In this document: positions 1 through 7,727 of the stretch, one piece after another
Layout of the letters: every line of letters starts with the position of its first letter
How positions within the stretch are numbered: position 1 is the first letter of the stretch
From: Octopus sinensis
Lineage: Eukaryota
NCBI RefSeq assembly: GCF_006345805.1
Contig: NW_021826021.1
Location: 1-14,031, forward strand
DNA length: 14,031 nucleotides
Direction: 5' to 3'
Translations under genes and position numbers: made by a program
The notes under the pieces: model-generated
Told to the model about the DNA's origin: nothing
Databases searched by the model: none
What the model saw: the letters and a program-made list of their open reading frames with translations, nothing else

Positions 1-276
1 TGTATATATATATATATATATATATATATTGTGTGTGTGTGTGTGTGTGTGTGTATGTTGTGTGTCTGTGTTTGTCCACCTAGCATTGCTTGACAACCGA
101 TGCTGGTGTGTTTACATACCCGTCACTTAGCGGTCCAGTAACAGAGACGATAGATAGAATAAGTACTGGGCTTACAAAGAATAACTCCCGGGGTCGATTT
201 GCTGGACTAAAGGCGGTGCTCCAGCATGGCCGCAGTCAAGCGACTGAAACCAGTAAAAGAGTAAAGAGGAAGAGTA
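1..276 (+). mobile_element. 3' part of tRNA-derived octopus-type SINE (copy A; window starts in its internal (TA)n(TG)n tract)
   Basis: Matches the 3' half of the complete copies at 1360-1786 and 9820-10255 (CCTAGCATTGCTTGACAACCGATGCTGG...GGCGGTGCTCCAGCATGGCCGCAGTCAA...AAAGAGT tail). Confidence 0.9.
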
Positions 277-790
277 TACATACATATATACATATAGATA
301 TAAATAGATATACATACATACAGATATACATACATACATACACACACATACATACATACAGATACACATATACATACATACACACATACATACAGATGTG
401 CATACGCACATACAGATGTACATACATACATACATACATACATACATACATACATACAGTTATACATACATACAGTTATACGTATATACAGATATACATA
501 CATACACATACATACACATACATACATGCATACATATGCAAATACACACATACGTACATACATACATACATACATACACACATACATACATATATACATA
601 CAGTTATACATACATACAGATATACATACATACACATATATACATACATACATACACACATACGTACATACATACATAAAGATATACATACATACATACA
701 AACATACATACATAAAGATATACATACATACATACATACAGATGTACATACATACATTACATACATACATATATATACATACCTACATAA
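277..790. repeat. Compound (TACA)n/(CATA)n microsatellite
   Basis: Direct reading: TACA units interrupted by TAGA/CAGA/CACA variants. Counterpart at 10256-10788. Confidence 0.95.
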
Positions 791-1115
791 AACAACAAAA
801 AGCTTATTCTGAGAAGTCTACTTGTAATTCTGAATAAATTTAATTGGCAAGTGAGAAGTGGGTGAAGTCATGCATTTGAGGAATACTGCACCCTGAATAA
901 CCCCCACCCTAACGACACACAGAAAAGCAAATTTTTCTCATGTAACCAGATAAGAGGATTTCTATACACATTCCGTGTGTGCCATGTGTGTATGTTGTAG
1001 TTAGATATATGCGTGTGTATGTTGTAGTTTGTATGTTGATGGGTTTATGTACGTGTGTGCTATAGTGTGTATGTCTAGTATGGTGGGGGTGTACCCAGTT
1101 TAGATAAAATTCAGC

Positions 1116-1259
1116 AAGTTTCAATTGCGTCATTCAGTCTATTTCCATGGCAACATCCTGTTTCTAAAGTAAAATGGCCAATCAGAACCTGAAATGCTAA
1201 TGATGAAAATCTAGTTTATATTTTCTAAGAATTTCAAGCAAGTAAATATCAGATATTTA
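1116..1259 (+). repeat. Short (internally deleted) copy of a local repeat carrying an X-box-like motif and a CCAAT box
   Basis: Aligns by eye with 5999-6214. ATTTCCATGGCAAC at 1141-1154 and GGCCAATCAG at 1176-1185. Confidence 0.75.
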
Positions 1260-1359
1260 AGTATCCCTACTTCATTCCCAGCTGGCTTTAGTTCATACAT
1301 ACATACATACATACATACATAAACACATACATACATACATACACACATACATACATACA

Positions 1360-1786
1360 GGCGCAGGAGTGGCTGTGTGGTAAGTAGTTTGCTTAACAAC
1401 CACATGGTCCCGGGTTCAGTCCCACTGCGTGGCATCTTTGGCAAGTGTCTTCTGCTATAGCCCCGGGCCGACCAAAACCTTGCGAGTGGATTTGGTAGAC
1501 GGAAACTGAAAGAAGCCTGTCGTATATATGTATATTATATATATATATATGTATGTATGTGTGTATATGTTTGTGTGTCTGTGTTTGTCACCCTAGCATT
1601 GCTTGACAACCGATGCTGGTGTGTTTACATACCCCTCACTTAGCGGTTCGGCAACAGATACCGATAGAATAAGTACTGGGCTTACAAAGAATAACTCACT
1701 GGGTCTATTTGCTCGACTAAAGGTGGTGCTCTAGCATGGCCGCAGTCAAATGACTGAAACAATTAAATGAGTAAAGAGTAAGAGTA
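1360..1786 (+). mobile_element. Full-length tRNA-derived CORE-type SINE (copy B)
   Basis: Pol III A-box-like TGGCTGTGTGG and B-box-like GGTTCAGTCCC, CORE-like CTT(T/G)GGCAAGT, internal (TA)n(TG)n tract, and 3' AAAGAGT tail. Three paralogous copies per duplication block. I recall this family as the octopus OR-type CORE-SINE, but the exact family name is unverified. Confidence 0.88.
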
Positions 1787-1846
1787 TAAATACATACATA
1801 CATATAGATAGACATACATACAGAAATATATACATACATATAGATA

Positions 1847-1878
<32 letters not shown>

Positions 1879-1937
1879 GATATACAAAATACATTCATAC
1901 ATACAGATGTACATACATACATACCCACATACATACA

Positions 1938-1969
<32 letters not shown>

Positions 1970-2013
1970 GATATACATACATACAGAAATATATACATAC
2001 ATATAGATATACA
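1787..2013. repeat. Compound (TACA)n microsatellite, left of the foldback insertion
   Basis: Direct reading. It is continuous with 3919-4683 in the empty copy (11782-12760). Confidence 0.95.
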
Positions 2014-2616
2014 GGTTAATATAGGGCGTGACAAATATCAGAAAATCAAAAAAAAAATGTGTGTAATAGGTGTAAAACAACTTCCTATGAACGAATTTGA
2101 AAAAAAAAATACGCCCACGCGAAAGGGGGGTGGGGGAGAGGCCTCGGAAAATTCACATCGGGAAGTTCCGAAAGTGTCTGAGGAGCTGACCCGGGCACCA
2201 AAACAAAAAAAAAATAGTGTAATATGTGTAAAACAACTTGCTCTAAACGAATATGACAAAAAAAAATGCGCTCTCGAGAAAGAGGGGTGGGGGAGAGGCT
2301 TCGGAATATTTATATCGGGAATTTCCGAAAGCGTCTGAACCGGGCACAAAAACAAAAACAAAAACAGCGTAATAGGTGTAAAACAACTTGCTCTAAACGA
2401 CTATCATGAAAAAAATGCGCGCTCGCGAATGGGGGGGTGGGGAGAGGCTTCGGAAATTTCACATCTTCAGTCCACGGCCTTTAAACTAAGAAAAAGTGTA
2501 GTAATTGGTGTAAAACTACTTGTTCTAAACGAGTATCAAGAACACACACTCACACATGAATCATAAACTCCGTATTTCGCAAAAAAAAAAAGTAAAGAGA
2601 AGAAATGTTGGATCTC
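2014..2616 (+). repeat. Left inverted arm with four internal sub-repeats
   Basis: Motif (G/T)GTGTAAAAC(A/T)ACTT starts at 2069, 2225, 2375 and 2507 (spacing 156, 150, 132 bp). Confidence 0.9.
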
Positions 2617-3098
2617 ATTCCTTGGTTAAAGCTATTTTAAACATTAAATTTATGCTTTTCTTTGAAATAGTTCAGATATATGCAATTCTCACTTATTAAG
2701 ATGCATTTATCAGAAAAAAAGAGACAGAAAAAATTATTATTTTGTGTCAATCCTTCCCTAATTATCCTTTATTAATTAGTTTTGGCGTGTATTTTTTTCC
2801 CAAATTATTTTTTCACCTTTACAACACTGTTAGTAAAGCAATTAATTATCTTTATAATTTGCATATTTGACTTATTAATCAAAATTCTCTAGATGTAATA
2901 TATACTAAGTAATGCATCCTTCATTTATGTGTTCCGTTCTGTATTATGCATGCGTGACTGTTTGTATGTAAGTGTGTTTAACTGTGCACATGAATGTGAA
3001 TATTAAAGAACATATTTATTTACTATGATTGTTATTTTCAGAACAAATAAATCTTTTGGCTGTTATGTTATTGATGTTATTATTATTGCTAGTTAAAG

Positions 3099-3171
3099 GG
3101 TGGTGACTTGGCTGAATATTTTGAGTCTTGTAGTATGTAGTTGTGTTAGTCAATATTCTGAGTTCAAATCC
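3099..3171 (+). mobile_element. Degraded tRNA-SINE head fragment inside the foldback spacer
   Basis: GGTGGTGACTTGGCTGAAT...TTCTGAGTTCAAATCC resembles the head and B-box of the SINE family at 6249-6668, and follows a (TTA)n tract. Confidence 0.4.
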
Positions 3172-3296
3172 AACTCATTTCTTTATCATTATTATCGATG
3201 GACCACTCAAAGAGGTATGTATACATTATCATTTTCGTAACATAATTTCTGTAGTATTTCAAGATGTTTCTGACACGTATTTTGATTCACATGGCG

Positions 3297-3918
3297 GAGA
3301 TCCAACATTTCTTCACTTTTTCCAGAATTTCTTCTCTTTACTTTTTTTTTTGCGAAATACGGAGTTTATGATTCATGTGTGAGTGTGTGTTCTTGATACT
3401 CGTTTAGAACAAGTAGTTTTACACCAATTACACTATTTTTTCTTAGTTTAAAGGCCGTGGACTGAAGATGTGAAATTTCCGAAGCCTCTCCCCCACCCCC
3501 CATTCGCGAGCGCGCATTTTTTTCATGATAGTCGTTTAGAGCAAGTTGTTTTACACCTATTACGCTGTTTTTGTTTTTGTTTTTGTGCCCGGTTCAGACG
3601 CTTTCGGAAATTCCCGATATAAATATTCCGAGGCCTCTCCCCCACCCCTCTTTCTCGAGAGCGCATTTTTTTTTGTCATATTCGTTTAGAGCAAGTTGTT
3701 TTACACATATTACACTATTTTTTTTTTGTTTTGGTGCCCGGGTCAGCCCCTCAGACGCTTTCAGAACGTCCCGATGTGAATTTTCCGAGGCCTCTCCCCC
3801 ACCCCCCTTTCGCGTGGGCGTATTTTTTTTTTCAAATTCGTTCATAGGAAGTTGTTTTACACCTATTACACACATTTTTTTTTTGATTTTCTGATATTTG
3901 TTACTCCCTATATTAACC
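3297..3918 (-). repeat. Right inverted arm of the foldback element
   Basis: Reverse complement of 2014-2616 with scattered substitutions and a 20-bp indel bounded by GAAGAAAT microhomology near the inner end. Confidence 0.9.
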
Positions 3919-3930
3919 GATATACATACA

Positions 3931-3964
<34 letters not shown>

Positions 3965-4683
3965 CATACATATAGATATACAGAATACATTCATACATAC
4001 AGATGTACATACATACATACATACATATAGATATACATACATACATACATACATACAGATATACATACATACATACATACAGATATATATACATACATAC
4101 ATACATACATACAGATATACGTACATACTTAGACACATACATACACACAAAAAGATATACAGACATACATTCATACATACATTCATACATACATTCATAT
4201 AGATATACATACATACATACATTCGGATATACACACATACATTAATACATACATACATACACACCTACACACATACGTACATTCATACATACAGATATAC
4301 TTACATGCATACAGATATACATACATGCATGCACACATACATGCTTTCACACATACACACATACGTACATACATACCTACACACACATGCATACATACAC
4401 ACATACATACATACAGATATACACACGTACATACATACATACATACATACATACATAGATACATACATACATACATACATACATACACATACATACATAT
4501 ATACATATATACATACACACATACATGCTTACATACATACATACACACATACATGCATACATACATACATACATACATAATTACATACATACATACATAC
4601 ACACAAACACATACATACATACACACATACACACATACGTACACACATACACACATACATACATGCACACATACATACATACA
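3919..4683. repeat. Compound (TACA)n/(CA)n microsatellite
   Basis: Direct reading. Confidence 0.95.
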
Positions 4684-4880
4684 GGCGCAGGAGTGGCTGT
4701 GTGGTAAGTAGTTTGCTTAACAACCACATGGTTCCGGGTTCAGTCCCACTGCGTGGCATCTTGGGCAAGTGTCTTCTGCTATAGCCCCGGGTCGACCAAA
4801 GCCTTGTGAGTGGATTTGGTAGACGGAAACTGAAAGAAGCCTGTCGTATATATTTATATATATATATATATATGTGTGTG
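4684..4880 (+). mobile_element. CORE-type SINE copy C, 5' part (interrupted by insertion)
   Basis: Same head as copy B. Uninterrupted counterpart at 12761-13020. Confidence 0.9.
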
Positions 4881-5812
4881 GTTATCCGTAATAATGAAGG
4901 GTGAAATTAATTAATTTGGGATAATTATCAATTACACCAAGTAGTCTTCGGCATGTAAAAGCCTCATTCGAGGAAAATTTAAGTAATACTAAGCAATAAA
5001 GGGTTCAGCAACGAATTGCTTTACCACATACCGAATTTAGAAATAGCAGTCAAAGGGTTATAGCTATTTCTTCTACTAAAAAGGGAGATCTCAGTAAAAA
5101 CAGCATTTGGAAGGCAGACACAAACAGGTAAGAGAGAATGAATTGACTGCAATCTATCATACATTTTAGAGTTATCTACGGACGTACGTTTCGAAATCAA
5201 GTTTTTAGGAAAGCATAAGAATTAAATATTAAATATTAAATAATTCTATCTTACCGAAACTTCTTTTCTCTTCAGCGTAGAATACTATAATCATAAATGA
5301 TTATATATTGAATTTTGAGATACCAGAAGGCACCAACTCAACTCAGTATCAGAGCGAGCTAGAATCCGCAACTGGTATCACCGAATTCAATTTGTGAATG
5401 AAACGATTGTTGTCAACAGCCCCTTCCCACCCGCGTGTAGCCAAAACAGATGCTGTGGTCATCTACTGAGATAAAATATGGTTATCCGTAATAATGAAGG
5501 GTGAAATTAATTAATTTGGAATAATATAATATCATTACACCAAGTAGTCTTCGGCATGTAAAAGCCTCATTCGAGGAAAATTTAAGTAATACTAAGCAAT
5601 AAAGGGTTCAGCAACGAATTGCTTTACCACATACCGAATTTAGAAATAGCAGTCAAAGGGTTATAGCTATTTCTTCTACGTGTCTGCCTTCCAAATGCTG
5701 TTTTTACTGAGATCTCCCTTTTTAGTAGAAGAAATAGCTATAACCCTTTGACTGCTATTTCTAAATTCGGTATGTGGTAAAGCAATTCGTTGCTGAACCC
5801 TTTATTGCTTAG
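4881..5812 (-). mobile_element. Non-autonomous Penelope-like/retrozyme-like retroelement: 600-bp unit + partial tandem copy + inverted 5' segment
   Basis: TGGTTATCCGTAATAATG starts at 4879 and 5479 (period 600). 5479-5679 copies 4879-5076, and 5680-5815 is the reverse complement of 4986-5121. TATATATGTGTGTG at 4867-4880 and 5813-5826 is the candidate TSD (ends ambiguous by about 2 nt). Absent from copy 2. Contains a hammerhead motif. Confidence 0.78.
5176..5280 (-). ncRNA. Type I hammerhead ribozyme (minimal stem III, long stem II)
   Basis: Minus strand reads CTACG-CTGAAGA-[G...76 nt...C]-GAAA-C-GTAC-G-TC-CGTAG. Stem I is CTACG/CGTAG (5 bp plus a T-A). Core CUGANGA is at 5275-5269 and GAAA at 5192-5189. 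Stem II closes GAAA/TTTC with a G10.1-C11.1 pair, and the GUC cleavage triplet is at 5183-5181. Confidence 0.85.
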
Positions 5813-5873
5813 TATATATGTGTGTGTATATGTTTGTGTGTCTGTGTTTGTCACCCTAGCATTGCTTGACAAC
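5813..5873 (+). mobile_element. CORE-type SINE copy C, resumed and 3'-truncated part
   Basis: TGTTTGTGTGTCTGTGTTTGTCACCCTAGCATTGCTTGACAAC, then it stops abruptly into (CATA)n. Same truncation at 13020. Confidence 0.85.
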
Positions 5874-5874
5874 A

Positions 5875-5939
<65 letters not shown>

Positions 5940-5949
5940 CATACATACA

Positions 5950-5983
<34 letters not shown>

Positions 5984-5996
5984 CATACATATATAC
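5874..5996. repeat. (CATA)n microsatellite
   Basis: Direct reading. Shorter counterpart at 13021-13072. Confidence 0.95.
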
Positions 5997-5998
5997 AG

Positions 5999-6214
5999 AA
6001 GTTTTAATAGCGTCATTCTGTCTATTTCCATGGCAACAAAGTTGCATGTTTCTCAACCAATCTCTTTTCATTTTTTTTGTCTAAATCCCTTTTCAAAAGT
6101 AAAACGGCCAATCAGAATCTGAAATACTCGTGCAGTTTTGCATGCTCAAGATGAAAATCTAGTTTACATTTTCTAAGAATTTCAAGCAATTAAATTTCAG
6201 ATATTTTAGCCAAT
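5999..6214 (+). repeat. Long copy of the X-box-like/CCAAT local repeat
   Basis: ATTTCCATGGCAAC at 6024-6037, and CCAAT at 6057, 6108 and 6210. Homologous to 1116-1259, 11115-11258 and 13075-13290. Confidence 0.75.
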
Positions 6215-6248
6215 TAGAAACTCAATTTCCGATCTTGTTTGCCTTCAA

Positions 6249-6468
6249 CCGTCGAGCTGACGAAATTGTTTGGACGCCTAGAAAAGTGCCTAGCGGCATT
6301 TTGTCCGTTTCAGAGTTCTGTCTTGAAATTCCGCCTAGGTTGAATATGCCTTTCATTGTTTTGGGTGTCACCAAATTAAGTACCAGTTCAATAATGAGAT
6401 CGATGTAGTAGAATTAACCACTGCCCCAAATTTCTTGACTAGTGCCAAATCTTGAAAGCAATAACAAT
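6249..6468 (+). mobile_element. Degraded tRNA-SINE, second family
   Basis: GAGCTGACGAAATTG...TAGCGGCATTTTGTCCGT...TTGAAATTCCGCC...GCCTTTCAT...AAATTAAGTACCAG...GTGCCAAA, (AAT)-type tail. Homologous to the opposite-strand copy at 6469-6668. Confidence 0.75.
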
Positions 6469-6668
6469 AGGCACAAGACCTGAAATTTGGGGGCATGGGT
6501 CCTTCGATTACTTCGACGCCACAACTTGACTGGTACTTAATGTATCATCCTCGAAAGGATGAAGAGCAACGTTGACCCTGGCGGTATTTGAAGGCAGAAC
6601 TTTGAGACGGACGAAATGCCGCTAAGCACTTTTGCCTGGTGTCCTAACGTTTCTGCCAGCTGGCAGCC
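6469..6668 (-). mobile_element. tRNA-SINE, second family, opposite orientation
   Basis: Minus strand GGCTGCCAGCTGGCAGAAACGTTAG...CTTAGCGGCATTTCGTCCGT...TTCATCCTTTCGAGG...ATTAAGTACCAG...CCCCAAATTTCAGGTCTTGTGCCT. The central segment resembles the Meta/MESC-type SINE domain as I recall it (unverified). Confidence 0.8.
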
Positions 6669-6692
6669 GTAGTAGAAAGAACTATTTCTGAG

Positions 6693-7409
6693 AAAGGGGA
6701 GAAGACAATAGAAATCGTCACGAAGGGCCACTAGAAAGTCGTTTTACGATGATCCTGGCTTGCACGGCTGATAGGGAAAGCTGCTACCGTAGGTCATTTT
6801 AAGAGGAAGATACTATCCAAAGACGCCAAGTTTCAGGAAGGGGATCATTGTTGAAGCCTACGCGAAAGCTTGGATAGGCGAGGCACTCATCGAGGACTGG
6901 TTTCTTGTAGTGTGGGTTCGGCGCATCAGTGGACTGCATCAGAGAAGGAGTCTCCTGGTCCTGGATGCATTCAGATGCCACAAGTCAGAAGAAACCAAGG
7001 TGAAGATACGTCGTCTGAACATCGACGTGACAATGATTACCGGGGAATGACATCCTTTCTTCAACCCTTGATGTTGCAATCAGCTAACCGTATAGGACCG
7101 TCTGAAACACCGCTGGGAGGATTGGATGGCCAACGACCGGGCGTACGAGAGAAAGACTTGGGGACGATCTGCAAATGGATCCTGCTAGTGGAGGAAATTC
7201 CAGACGATCTGCTAGTGGAGGAGATTCCAGAAAAATGGGCTTTCCTGAAGTGCTGCATCTCCAATGCGCTCGACGGGAAGAAGATGACATGTTATGGGAA
7301 GGCGAAGCTCTCTCTACCGACTCTTCTGACTCCAGCGATGACGAGGATGAACTGGCAGATGATCAACCCCACGAGGTCTGACGACGAAGAGTTCTTAGAC
7401 TTTGAGTGA
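6693..7409 (+). pseudogene. pogo-superfamily (POGK/Passer-like) DDE transposase pseudogene, 5'-truncated
   Basis: Frameshift-repaired translation: KGEKTIEIVTKGH*K..FTMILACTAD.GKLLP*VIFKRK...W...SLLVLDAFRCHK...GGMTSFLQPLDV...RLKHRWEDWM...AFLKCCISNALDG.EDDMLWE. These are typical DDE_1 (PF03184) motifs, with stops and frameshifts. Confidence 0.88.
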
Positions 7410-7727
7410 AGTCTCTACCCATTAGGGTCGGTCCTTTTCAGGACCATCCATTTTCAAGAAAGAATATAAAGATCGCAATATGAATAAATCATAATAAATA
7501 CACATAATAAAAAGACGTTCTCTTATTATCTCTTACATTTAAAACCTGGACTTTATCTTCTTCCATTAATAATTATGAGTATCAATGATTGCAGTCGGAA
7601 ATGTTTGTTAAGTATGAAATCATCATGAATTGAAGTTTCTATTCATCTCGCATTTCTCTATTTTCATAAGTCCCAGTTATCTCCCGGTTTCCCCACGTTT
7701 TCTCCAGTCGGGGACTGAAAATCGTGA

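Larger units (their letters stand above)
2014..3918. mobile_element. Non-autonomous foldback/long-TIR DNA transposon (Merlin- or MULE-like), 1,905 bp, 8-bp TSD
   Basis: Termini GGTTAATATAGGG...CCCTATATTAACC. GATATACA occurs at 2006-2013 and 3919-3926, and once at the empty site (12000-12007). Arms 2014-2616 and 3297-3918 are near-identical reverse complements. No transposase ORF seen. Confidence 0.9.

Noticed and set aside
90-812. 240-aa ORF (and 254-aa twin at 10072-10836) plus many HTYI/MYVC ORFs
   Set aside because: These are translations of a SINE 3' end and (TACA)n tracts, which lack stops in several frames. There is no domain content.
791-1115. Unique-looking segment (twin at about 10789-11114) as a possible exon
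   Set aside because: No convincing ORF or splice-bounded coding signal is present, and half of it is degenerate (TG)-rich simple sequence.
1360-1425. tRNA gene (also at 4684, 9820, 11359 and 12761)
   Set aside because: A and B boxes are present but I could not build a cloverleaf, and the sequence continues into a SINE body.
2060-2535. Regularly spaced ~30-bp repeats resembling a CRISPR array
   Set aside because: The spacing (132-156 bp) is too long, the 'spacers' are homologous to each other, the context is eukaryotic and there are no cas genes.
3200-3295. Minus-strand peptide KHLEILQKLC in the foldback spacer, faintly like a transposase N-terminal Zn motif
   Set aside because: It is short, stop-bounded, has no second Cys pair, and is consistent with chance in AT-rich DNA.
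2016-3916. TTAA at both ends suggesting a piggyBac/Kolobok target duplication
   Set aside because: TTAA is inside the inverted termini (GG-TTAA...TTAA-CC). The empty site has no TTAA and shows a single GATATACA instead.
1907-4238. ORF pairs with identical peptides on opposite strands (1907-2338/3594-4238, 2038-2361/3571-3894)
   Set aside because: They are a by-product of the inverted arms. The peptides are low-complexity A-tract/G-tract translations with no transposase motifs.
4946-4970. Second hammerhead-like motif on the minus strand (CGAATGA-GGC...GCC-GAAG)
   Set aside because: Core boxes deviate (CGAAUGA rather than CUGANGA, GAAG rather than GAAA), and no stem III/NUH or stem I can be built.
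4879-5679. Direct repeats read as LTRs of an LTR retrotransposon
   Set aside because: The repeats are adjacent and unequal, with no TG...CA pair, PBS, PPT or gag-pol between them. The flanking duplication is 12-14 bp rather than 4-6 bp.
6870-7409. 179-aa ORF as a functional gene
   Set aside because: It is a mosaic of in-frame and out-of-frame pieces of the decayed pogo transposase. The catalytic region is split by frameshifts and stops.
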